In this document: positions 48,432 through 57,115 of the stretch, piece after piece
Position numbering within the stretch: position 1 is the stretch's first letter
Layout of the letters: the number at the start of each line of letters is the position of its first letter
Source: a virus
Strand: one strand, 5' to 3'
IMG/VR virus record: IMGVR_UViG_3300029258_004576
Length of the DNA stretch: 64,000 nt
Made by a program: the position numbers and the translations under genes
The notes under the pieces: model-generated
Told to the model about the DNA's origin: nothing
What the model saw: the letters and a program-made list of their open reading frames with translations, nothing else
The model's database searches: none

Positions 48432-51400
48432 TCAGAGCCTGATATACAACCCCGTCTCTTTTTCAAACATATCCTTGAGCATGTCAGCATACACCATGGT
48501 GTATCTCTTCAACTTCTTGAAACCCTTTTTGCCAACTCGACCAAACTGCACATCGTACAAGTCCATGGAAGTGAGAGTAATTTTTACGTAGTTCGGTTTA
48601 CTCCTCAACCTGTTGGGGAATTGAAAAACCAAAGACTTTCCATTGTCGTCAGAGTAAATATGCTTCGCACCGATCATCATTCTCAAACGATTACCACCAC
48701 CCAACTGTTGCAAGATGATGTCAGCCGGAGCCTCTGTCAGATACTCACGCTGTCGAAACCTGGACCCATCCGACTCTTCCATTTCTGCATCACAAGAATC
48801 CCCTAACAAACTGTCTCGAAGCTTTTTAATCACATTCACTTCTTTCAGCTCGACGTCTTCATGTTTCTCATACTTCTCTATCCATTTATATTTTGACTTT
48901 TTATATTTTGTCCCTGCAATATATTGCATCTCCCCATTCCGACGATGATCCCTCACTCGATAATAAACCTTTCCATCCAAACCATCACTGGTTCCAACAT
49001 ACTCATACTTCCCGCTCTCAAGCCCAGTTTTTAACTCTTTATCAGAAACAGGAGAAATCGATTCCTCCAGCTCAACGTCTTCTATATCCTCGGAAAAAAC
49101 AGCCTTAGCACCAACCATCTTGGCAACCTTCTTAGCTGTCTCTTTTGTAAAATTCCAATAAACAGGATGATGCATAACGTTGCTACCTTTTTTAGATAAC
49201 TCACCAGTCATAATATCAATAGCACGTCCACCTACCAGAAACCGTACAGGAATCCCGTTTTTAACAGTTTCTTTTCGCAACTCAACAACCTGACTTGAAG
49301 TAAGTTTCCCCTCATCCAACTCGACGCTTTCTTCACGTTTTGCCAGGTTAGCCTGATCCCAACCTCGAAGCCATACTGACAACAGAGCTTTGGCTCCAGC
49401 ACCAGGCTTCATACCCTTGATCATCCCCATCAAGGTTTTGTCTCTCGCTGGTATCCTTTTCTTACCACTTAAAAAAGCAGCTTTGCCCAGACCTAAAATT
49501 TCTCTTTCGTTATCACTTAATTTAATCTCATCCAGCTCGACGTCTTCATAAGCATGGGCCTTGGCATATGCCAGAAGCTCTTTTTTGATCATGCCCTTAA
49601 CCACTTTTTCAGCACCTGAAGGAGCATTGTCGGATTTCATATTGAAAGCTACGACATCATGAACAGTGTCATAAATAACTTTGCCAGTAGCCAGTTGCTC
49701 TTTGGTTTTCAAACTGTCAACTTTCACATCGTAAGTCACTGTCTTGAACATCTGTCTGCCCACAGTCCCCGTGACCACTATATCCTTGGCACTGCCTGTC
49801 CCTTTTATTTTGAACTTCTTTGGGAAAACAGGACGTTCTATGCCACCCTCGTGCATCTCGATGTCTTCAGTTGATTTAAACACTTTCGGCAACCTTCCTT
49901 TGTTGTCTTGAATAACCTTTTTCACCTTTTTGAAATAATTCCCAAAATGCTTGACGATCTGATCGGGAGTACCCTTCTTTTTCCTCCAACCAAACTTCAC
50001 ACTACCAAAAGCATAGTGCGATCCAGGATCGGGCTTCACCATCAGCTTGCCCCCCGTCGCAATATTTGCCTCCAATTTATCAGCCAATGTGTCGTCTTCG
50101 TTTACCCCGTAAATTATAATCTTATGTAACGCAGGATCGTTCATCATGATCCCGTTCGACCATTTGCTTTTGTCTTTCTCTAATGCCGTAACAAGGTAGA
50201 TATGCTTACGACCCAAACTTGATCTCACCTCACACACCAACACATACCCAGGCGGCATACTCTTTTCAATCTCTGTCTTGATTCGCTTGGCCAGCTTCTG
50301 CGCTTCTCCAGATGGATTACTTGACTTCGAATGACCCAGTATGTTGTACACACCAGCCTCATCTAGCTCGACATCTTCATCAGCTTTTTCACCAACCGGG
50401 ATACCAAGAGGTCCCTTGCCTCTTCCACGAGCGAGCCCTTTACCTTTGCCCTTTGACTTTGTTTTCTTTCCAGGGGTATCACAACCCTCGCTCTTGTCGT
50501 CCAGCTCGATGTTATCGCCAGCTTGGCCACCTAGTAATTCATTCCGCATCTCTCGTATCAAACTGGACGTCCCCATGCCTGTCTCCTTTTTGTCAACATC
50601 CTCCAGATACTTACCTGTTTTCAGTTTACTGATAATAGTATTCGCTTTGTTCGCAGTCATGCTGCCTCGGACACTCCGCAAAGTATTCAATCTCTCTTTG
50701 TACTCCGCTTCATTTTCAGAACGTATCAACATCATAACAAGACCATCGGACTGCCCAAAGGTGATCAGCGATGCCAACATCTTTGGTCCCAACTTGTCTA
50801 TCCAAGGAATTTGCTTCAACAAGTTTACAAGCTGTGGACGACTCATACCAATGTGCTCATGCCCCAAAGGTTTCCCCTCATCCAGCTCGACGTCTTCTCT
50901 CAACTTCTTTGCTTTTGCCAATGCTGATTTCAAAACTGGCAACGCATAATGAGCAGTAGCACCTATCTCATTAAGCCTGTTCATTGCGTGACCACCACAC
51001 TTTTCACATGTCACCCAAGTTCCCTGACCAAAACCACCTGCCTCTGCTTTCCATCCTTGGATAGACTTACAATGACAAGGTTTTTGTTTCCCCTCATCCA
51101 GCTCGACGTCTTCTCTCAGTTTTTTAATAGCTGCATCAATCGCACTCTGCTTATCTGTGCCAAGAGAAATAATCTTCAGCTTTTTCCAACTACCCGATTC
51201 GCTGTCTTTCTCGTCCCTTACATTCTCCTTGTCATAGTCCCCAAACACAACTTCCCAAGGAGACGTCTTGGATGCCTTGCCAGCCAGCACGTAATACCTT
51301 TTGCCTTCGGTGATCTCCACATCCTCATCAAAGCCCATGAGAGCCTTGACATCCTTCTCCACAGCCTTTTTCGTACGACCGAATGTCGTCTCCCATGTCC

Positions 51401-51614
51401 CATCTTTTCTGTACACCTTGGCCATCCACGGCCCTCTTCCGGGGAGATCTGTCTTCTCTATTTCGTACTTCACGTACCGCTTTTTCGCCTCGTCCAACTC
51501 GACATCTTCTGTCGCAGTTTTGTTAGGATCAACCCCCTCGGTAAGTGCCTGCATATCTTTGCCCAAAATGACATCGCGCATTTGTGATAATTCAGTGGAC
51601 TGCATCAACCTCAT
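48432..51614 (-). CDS. Putative protease-processed polyprotein of internal head proteins (~11 modules)
   Basis: Ten EDVE[LIM]xE-type linkers ending at residues 42, 103, 174, 246, 419, 589, 696, 768, 851 and 925, plus FRQREYLTE at 961. Confidence 0.75.
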   Translation of the reverse strand: MRLMQSTELSQMRDVILGKDMQALTEGVDPNKTATEDVELDEAKKRYVKYEIEKTDLPGRGPWMAKVYRKDGTWETTFGRTKKAVEKDVKALMGFDEDVEITEGKRYYVLAGKASKTSPWEVVFGDYDKENVRDEKDSESGSWKKLKIISLGTDKQSAIDAAIKKLREDVELDEGKQKPCHCKSIQGWKAEAGGFGQGTWVTCEKCGGHAMNRLNEIGATAHYALPVLKSALAKAKKLREDVELDEGKPLGHEHIGMSRPQLVNLLKQIPWIDKLGPKMLASLITFGQSDGLVMMLIRSENEAEYKERLNTLRSVRGSMTANKANTIISKLKTGKYLEDVDKKETGMGTSSLIREMRNELLGGQAGDNIELDDKSEGCDTPGKKTKSKGKGKGLARGRGKGPLGIPVGEKADEDVELDEAGVYNILGHSKSSNPSGEAQKLAKRIKTEIEKSMPPGYVLVCEVRSSLGRKHIYLVTALEKDKSKWSNGIMMNDPALHKIIIYGVNEDDTLADKLEANIATGGKLMVKPDPGSHYAFGSVKFGWRKKKGTPDQIVKHFGNYFKKVKKVIQDNKGRLPKVFKSTEDIEMHEGGIERPVFPKKFKIKGTGSAKDIVVTGTVGRQMFKTVTYDVKVDSLKTKEQLATGKVIYDTVHDVVAFNMKSDNAPSGAEKVVKGMIKKELLAYAKAHAYEDVELDEIKLSDNEREILGLGKAAFLSGKKRIPARDKTLMGMIKGMKPGAGAKALLSVWLRGWDQANLAKREESVELDEGKLTSSQVVELRKETVKNGIPVRFLVGGRAIDIMTGELSKKGSNVMHHPVYWNFTKETAKKVAKMVGAKAVFSEDIEDVELEESISPVSDKELKTGLESGKYEYVGTSDGLDGKVYYRVRDHRRNGEMQYIAGTKYKKSKYKWIEKYEKHEDVELKEVNVIKKLRDSLLGDSCDAEMEESDGSRFRQREYLTEAPADIILQQLGGGNRLRMMIGAKHIYSDDNGKSLVFQFPNRLRSKPNYVKITLTSMDLYDVQFGRVGKKGFKKLKRYTMVYADMLKDMFEKETGLYIRL

Positions 51615-51660
51615 TTTTCAAATCTCCTTTGTTCGGACATCAGCACTATCCGATTGATTC

Positions 51661-52374
51661 CTATCTCTTTATGAAATACCGAACCTTGTCATTTTTTCTA
51701 GTTAACGCAAACACTCCCTTGATAGACTTCCACAGACCCTCCTCCTGATTTTCATCAGGATACCTGTGACCATTAAGTCTTTTTAAAACTTCCTCAAACA
51801 TGTTCGCTTTCTCATATCCAAATTTATCCTGAACATCTCGGTACGAACGCATACTAAATGCCTTCTTCCAATCAGCCCCGGTCAGTTTGTGATAGCCCGA
51901 ATCATAATAACCAAGTGTAAGCCAGTATCTCTCAAGAATAGACAACTCACCCTTCCCCAGTTGGCCCCACTTCAACTTAACCCAAACCTCAACAGACGGT
52001 CCAAATCTACCCTTAATAACCGACCCTAAACCACGACCACCATAAATACTAAAAGATGTTTTTTCGTAGGGAATACTAGGATTAGAAACAGCAGGTTCAG
52101 CCCGTAAGAAAATCTTCTCCGCCTTGAACGGTTTAAGACTGTTAGGATCCAGTGCATATCGTACCAAATGTTTACGAGCAACAAGTTGAGGATCAAACCA
52201 ATTACGAGGATCTGATTCATCCAACCAGCTTGTCGTTACAAGTGCTACTTTCCCATCCCAAAAAGAAAATCTAAGACCACTCGGATCTGACACCTCGGTT
52301 TTTGGCAAAAACTTAGGCAAAACCTTACCGGTTGCCTTCTCCTCGGTCAGATACCTACGTCGTCTCAAGTTCAT
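51661..52374 (-). CDS. Putative internal head cargo protein
   Basis: Starts MNLRRRRYLTE-E. Confidence 0.7.
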   Translation of the reverse strand: MNLRRRRYLTEEKATGKVLPKFLPKTEVSDPSGLRFSFWDGKVALVTTSWLDESDPRNWFDPQLVARKHLVRYALDPNSLKPFKAEKIFLRAEPAVSNPSIPYEKTSFSIYGGRGLGSVIKGRFGPSVEVWVKLKWGQLGKGELSILERYWLTLGYYDSGYHKLTGADWKKAFSMRSYRDVQDKFGYEKANMFEEVLKRLNGHRYPDENQEEGLWKSIKGVFALTRKNDKVRYFIKR

Positions 52375-52790
52375 TTTTCCGATCTCCTTTTCATCTCAGC
52401 CTTCAATGGATAGAAAAACTTTCGCAACCATTTGAGCACCGTCTTGTCAACGTTCGCCAACGTCACTTTCCACGACTGCCCATCTGTATAGCCATCTCGG
52501 CTCCACAGATTCGTCTTGACAACCACCTCTCCACCACCCTGTCCCCAAACTTCCATCTCCCAGTCAAACATCTGCCTACCAGAACTCGGCCAAGATCCAG
52601 TCAACGTCCACCCGTTCGGCCTCTTATCCTGGCTGACAAGAGACCGCTCAAACTCTGGAGTAGAATGGAAAAACTTCTCCAGCACGAGCCCCACCCTGTC
52701 ATGCTTACCTCGGCCATCTTTGCCAGGGGTGATAAAAGATCTCCTGGCCTCTCGAAGTACGCAAATAGAACTGGTGAGTGAAAACGTCAC
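52371..52790 (-). CDS. Orphan in the cargo cluster
   Basis: VLRE-A near the N-terminus; GTG start 1 nt after the upstream stop. Confidence 0.55.
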   Translation of the reverse strand: MTFSLTSSICVLREARRSFITPGKDGRGKHDRVGLVLEKFFHSTPEFERSLVSQDKRPNGWTLTGSWPSSGRQMFDWEMEVWGQGGGEVVVKTNLWSRDGYTDGQSWKVTLANVDKTVLKWLRKFFYPLKAEMKRRSEK

Positions 52791-52791
52791 T

Positions 52792-53910
52792 TTACATTCT
52801 GCTCGACAATTCTTTCACCATCTTACCAATGGCAAGCTTTGGACTTGCACTACCCGTAATCGACTCTCGTACCACAATCTCCCCTTTTGCATTTGGAACT
52901 CTCATTTTGAGAACAAAACGAATCTCATCACCATAATGATCCACATGAAATTGCCACGATATTGACAAGTCAGACGAGTTTGTTCCTTCCCCTACTACAA
53001 GAACATGACCATGCCCCATATAGTTTTTCCCAAGCACATCAGCATATGCCTTCTTGGGTATCAACCTGATAAACTCTTCCGCAATGCTCTTATTATAAGG
53101 CGCAATCGCCTTCTCCAACAAAGAACCCTTTGCCCCACCGCCTCCATGCGTCGTCCAGGATTTTCCCTCTTCAAAATACCTACGCTGTCTCAATTTACTC
53201 ATGTCAACTTCTTCTTTCTTAAGCTTCCCCCTCCACGCTTGAGATGGCTTCGTCATGAAATACTGTTTCAATATAATGTCCGCCATATCTCGGCCACTTA
53301 CCCTCAGCAATATGGCGTAAAACCACAACGGAGCATTCTCTGGAATCCGACGAATACCCTTCGCTAAACGAGGTTCTACTTTGCCAACATTTCGAAGCCA
53401 CATCTGAAATGCTTTTTTGGGATTCTTGGCTATTACGTCCTGTGCATCAGCCATGTTGTCCTTGCCCCAAATTATCGGCAACTTATCCCTCGGAATTTTA
53501 TTAATAATCTCCCTCTGACTCTTGAATAAAAATTGCTCAGGATTTTCTATACCTGTCTCCTGCTTGAACCAGTTCAAAATATTGGAGCTTATCTTGAAAG
53601 CTCCAGGTCGAGACGTCCTATCCTCGCCACCCATCGCCAAGCCAGCTGCTACCTTCTGACGCTCGCCCAAGTATTCTCTTCTTCTCAGCTTACTCATTCC
53701 AAATCCCTCGCTTTCTGGTAATTTTGGAACCTTGGCCATGGAGTAGGGTAACTTCGATCTCATGGGCTTACGAGGTTTGATTTTTTTTCGCTGCATCAAC
53801 CGGCTGACCTTCAATCTTTTCTTCGTCAAAGGATCCATTCCAAACGAATCAACATCGTTGTCATCACCAGCTAACTGCTCTACCAACTCAACTATCGATT
53901 CGTCGATCAT
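52792..53910 (-). CDS. Three-module cargo protein with two internal leaders
   Basis: Internal MSKLRRREYLGE-R (ATG 53697) and MSKLRQRRYFEE-G (ATG 53202). Confidence 0.7.
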   Translation of the reverse strand: MIDESIVELVEQLAGDDNDVDSFGMDPLTKKRLKVSRLMQRKKIKPRKPMRSKLPYSMAKVPKLPESEGFGMSKLRRREYLGERQKVAAGLAMGGEDRTSRPGAFKISSNILNWFKQETGIENPEQFLFKSQREIINKIPRDKLPIIWGKDNMADAQDVIAKNPKKAFQMWLRNVGKVEPRLAKGIRRIPENAPLWFYAILLRVSGRDMADIILKQYFMTKPSQAWRGKLKKEEVDMSKLRQRRYFEEGKSWTTHGGGGAKGSLLEKAIAPYNKSIAEEFIRLIPKKAYADVLGKNYMGHGHVLVVGEGTNSSDLSISWQFHVDHYGDEIRFVLKMRVPNAKGEIVVRESITGSASPKLAIGKMVKELSSRM

Positions 53911-53913
53911 GAC

Positions 53914-54561
53914 TCAATCCATCGCACAAAAATAGTGAGTATCGATACCCGCTTTTCGCAACGCTCCACTGACTTCAGAAAACGTCATGCGCTCCAATTT
54001 CCTTCGATTCTTCCTTGCCCACTCATGAAATTTCTTGATCGCTGTAACCTTTCCTCGGGTTGGAGCAATAAGAGTCGGCTCATTATTCCTGTCAACATTA
54101 TCTCTTACCGAAAAATGATCACTGTCCGCATTCACACTGATATACGGAGTGTTGATAACGATAGGTTTAAACCCAGGAGCGGCCACCCTGACGCCTTTGT
54201 ACTGATGTTTCTCTATCTTTGGTGACCCGAGCACCCCCAGCCTGTCCGCCTCGCTCACGATGCCCTCAGCCATCTTCAGAGCCATCTTGTAACTCTTGGC
54301 TCGGTGAACCACTTTGGCAAACTGCTCTATCAACCTCAGAATCTTCGAATCCCTTACGTAATCAATGTCATACAAGGCAAATTCATCAACCATTTTCCCC
54401 CGCTTGCCAGCGTTGGCAAGATCGGTCACACGAATCGACCCACCAAATCGATGAATACGAAAACGATCTGTCTCGATTGTTTGACCTATCGCCAACCCTT
54501 CTTCAATTGAAAACAATCCGACAACAGAACCCAAATACTCGTTAATTTCAGACAGCCTCAT
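53914..54561 (-). CDS. Orphan, paralog of 54582..54998
   Basis: Start MRLSEINEYLG chosen from the AGGAGAGG RBS; SIEE-G precedes the domain. Confidence 0.65.
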   Translation of the reverse strand: MRLSEINEYLGSVVGLFSIEEGLAIGQTIETDRFRIHRFGGSIRVTDLANAGKRGKMVDEFALYDIDYVRDSKILRLIEQFAKVVHRAKSYKMALKMAEGIVSEADRLGVLGSPKIEKHQYKGVRVAAPGFKPIVINTPYISVNADSDHFSVRDNVDRNNEPTLIAPTRGKVTAIKKFHEWARKNRRKLERMTFSEVSGALRKAGIDTHYFCAMD

Positions 54562-54581
54562 ATCACCTCTCCTGACTCTTT

Positions 54582-54998
54582 TTATTTCGCCTTGGGATTC
54601 TTGAACTTTGTTATCCTCAGTTTCAAAGGCTCTACCCAACCATCAGGATCCCCACCCTCTCTCTTGCGAGCTATCTTCTCAGTTGTCGACACAAGCCCCT
54701 TGGCCATACTCAACACATCGCGATAACTACTCGACTTCTTTGCACGAGAAAGAAATTTGTCTAGATGTTTACTGATCTCTGGATCGTCAGCATATGACAA
54801 ATTGTAAACCAGAAATCTTCCCACCGTTTCTCCTGGTTGTTTGTTAGATATATCCGTCACAAGAAAGTCATCCTTGTACATGTTGATTCTCACAGCAGGC
54901 GTCTCATACTGCCGATGACCTCCAAGAACCATCCTGCCAGGAAGCATCATTCTCTCAGCAATGTGTCCCAAATATTCATTGACTTCACAAAGTTTCAT
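54582..54998 (-). CDS. Orphan, paralog of 53914..54561
   Basis: Start MKLCEVNEYLG chosen from the GAGGAG RBS; HIAE-R precedes the domain. Confidence 0.65.
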   Translation of the reverse strand: MKLCEVNEYLGHIAERMMLPGRMVLGGHRQYETPAVRINMYKDDFLVTDISNKQPGETVGRFLVYNLSYADDPEISKHLDKFLSRAKKSSSYRDVLSMAKGLVSTTEKIARKREGGDPDGWVEPLKLRITKFKNPKAK

Positions 54999-55014
54999 AA
55001 CCCGAACTCCTCTT

Positions 55015-55440
55015 TTATCCCCTGGCCTTTGCCAGCATTCGCTCGTAATCACTGACCTTGTCGCTATGCCCCTTCTGAGCAGCCTTCGACTTGCCAGACG
55101 TCTTGCCTTTTTTCGTAGGCACTTGTGATTTCAATCGAAGAAAACCGTGCTTCTGAAGTTGAGCAGTACACACAGCAAAACCCTTGGAAAGTGCTGCCCT
55201 CACTTTGCCCTGATCAGACGAATCCCCCTTGAGTTCCCGCTTCACCACAGCACGTACACACCTCTTTAGTTGAGGTGGCGTCTGCTTGCGTTCCTCAAAA
55301 ATATCTGACAGCCGCACAAACCCTTTATTGTCGTTATACAAACGCCCCATTCGATGCATCGCCGGATTCAAACGTCTCCCCTTAGTTTTAATCAACGTTG
55401 GATATGGATGCATCCACAATTGCCATTCTTCTAAACGCAT
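55015..55440 (-). CDS. Basic orphan (CV...CTAQLQKHG)
   Basis: IFEE-RKQ precedes a basic domain similar to 46110..46616; start uncertain. Confidence 0.6.
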   Translation of the reverse strand: MRLEEWQLWMHPYPTLIKTKGRRLNPAMHRMGRLYNDNKGFVRLSDIFEERKQTPPQLKRCVRAVVKRELKGDSSDQGKVRAALSKGFAVCTAQLQKHGFLRLKSQVPTKKGKTSGKSKAAQKGHSDKVSDYERMLAKARG

Positions 55441-55470
55441 ATCATCCCTCTTGATCGGTTGTTCTCACTA

Positions 55471-55713
55471 TCAATACCCTCGAACCTTCTGCCAAAAAGT
55501 CTCCTTGGTATCGATGGAATTAGACACCTTGAGAATATCTTCTCCAAACTTTTTCAACATCCTCTTAAGCTCTACCTTTTTGTCGGGAGCATTTATCAAT
55601 TTAGGTACCAATTTCTTGACCCTCTTCAACAACACATCCGCAGAATATTCAACGCCCATCACCGTGATAGCCTCTGACAATTCTGTGTAACTTCGTCTTC
55701 TTAAATCCTTCAT
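55471..55713 (-). CDS. Small cargo-like protein with variant leader
   Basis: Starts MKDLRRRSYTELSE-A. Confidence 0.65.
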   Translation of the reverse strand: MKDLRRRSYTELSEAITVMGVEYSADVLLKRVKKLVPKLINAPDKKVELKRMLKKFGEDILKVSNSIDTKETFWQKVRGY

Positions 55714-55721
55714 ATTCTCCC

Positions 55722-56486
55722 CTACGAAACCAACGGCAACACAGGTCCTTGAAAGTCGAGAATCTTCTCTTCCAACTTCTCTTTGTCGTCTCTGGATTCC
55801 TGGATTAACGCCTCGCCATCCAACGTCCTATCCCCACCAGCAGATGGTAATCCACTAGTATACTTCCCCCTGATTCGGCCCAATGTATACTTGGCTTCTG
55901 CCAACGCCCACTCTCTAATCAACCATAGATGTCGAGGATCGTAATGCTCCAATTTGATGTCCTTGGGATCTACTCGATACAAATACACCGCTGTACCAGC
56001 CTCCCTCGGAGGTGGCATCACCCTAAGTAATCGAATATCTGGCTCTGCCAAGTTGTCGTAATAAAACTCCCAATCACACTCAGCCGATAAATACCTCGCA
56101 TCTGACTCCAGCGTTTGAAGCGTCTGCACTATCGTCGTCTGTGGATATTGAGATCCCCACATCATGCCACCACCATAAGGAATTCCCTGTATGTCCAAAA
56201 AACCAGGATACAAAACACCAAAATCAATCCCAGCCACCCGACTGGGAAACCACACCTTCACCACCTTGTCTATCCCCGGCGTAACAGCCGACAAATCATA
56301 CTCGGTTTGATCAGCAATCAGTGTAAGCGTTGCCTCTTTGTGAAGACCGACGAAAGCGTTGTACCACTCCTTTGCATCGTCCATACATTGTGATAGTTGA
56401 CGATCCGTTAATTCAACCTTGACACCACAATCGTCATCCTGTCCCAGCTTTCTCCGTGCCCATACTCGAAATTCCTGAATCTTCAT
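55722..56486 (-). CDS. gp13: Neck / head-tail adaptor (T4 gp13-like)
   Basis: RRKLG...VKVELTDRQLSQCMDDA and EWALAEAKYTLGRIRGKY...LPSAGG...LDGEALIQES. Confidence 0.85.
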   Translation of the reverse strand: MKIQEFRVWARRKLGQDDDCGVKVELTDRQLSQCMDDAKEWYNAFVGLHKEATLTLIADQTEYDLSAVTPGIDKVVKVWFPSRVAGIDFGVLYPGFLDIQGIPYGGGMMWGSQYPQTTIVQTLQTLESDARYLSAECDWEFYYDNLAEPDIRLLRVMPPPREAGTAVYLYRVDPKDIKLEHYDPRHLWLIREWALAEAKYTLGRIRGKYTSGLPSAGGDRTLDGEALIQESRDDKEKLEEKILDFQGPVLPLVS

Positions 56487-57115
56487 CTCAAGTAGCCCCT
56501 CTGTCTCAAGTGACCAAAAGACTCTTGCCTTTCTACATCACCACCTGGCTCCATACCCACATCAGGCGCAAGGGCTGGCACCACAGCCTTCTTTTTCTTC
56601 TGCTTATGCTTGGGTATCACCTTGTTCTTCAGAGCGCAGTGTGTGCACAGTGCGCCATCGATACACGGCTCCTTCGAACCATCTATGACCTTCCCACACT
56701 GGTCACACTTACATTGACCAACTGGGTTTTTCTCCTTGGGAACAACAACCTTGTCCTTCTCTTTAAAATTGTCACTCTTCGGAGCAGACACCTTCTCTTT
56801 CGGAACAGACTCCTTCTCTTTCGGAGCAACCTTTTTCTTCTTTTGCGCTTCATCACCTGACGACTTGGTAGCCTCCAACTTGGCCAGCTCTTTACGCACA
56901 GAAGGACGTCTCAACCTGTTTTTCAGCTCCCTCGCTGCCGCTACAAGTTGTTCGAGATCTCGGCTCTCACACGCAAGGGAAATCTTGGAAACAGCCGTAC
57001 CGAAACTACTCCACCTCTCCTCCTCTATCTTCACCCTGCGATCATTCTCCACCAACTGATCTCGCATATCCTTGAGTATCTTGACACTGCCTCCCAAATC
57101 TCCCAGCCGTGGCAT
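56483..57115 (-). CDS. Hypothetical protein, Lys-rich, with a Cys4 zinc ribbon
   Basis: CDQC...CTHC; ends HLRQRGYLR-stop. Confidence 0.6.
   Translation of the reverse strand: MPRLGDLGGSVKILKDMRDQLVENDRRVKIEEERWSSFGTAVSKISLACESRDLEQLVAAARELKNRLRRPSVRKELAKLEATKSSGDEAQKKKKVAPKEKESVPKEKVSAPKSDNFKEKDKVVVPKEKNPVGQCKCDQCGKVIDGSKEPCIDGALCTHCALKNKVIPKHKQKKKKAVVPALAPDVGMEPGGDVERQESFGHLRQRGYLR

Noticed and set aside
48840-51510. Linker repeats as integron attC sites or CRISPR repeats
   Set aside because: They are in-frame coding, not palindromic and irregularly spaced, and no integrase or cas gene is present.
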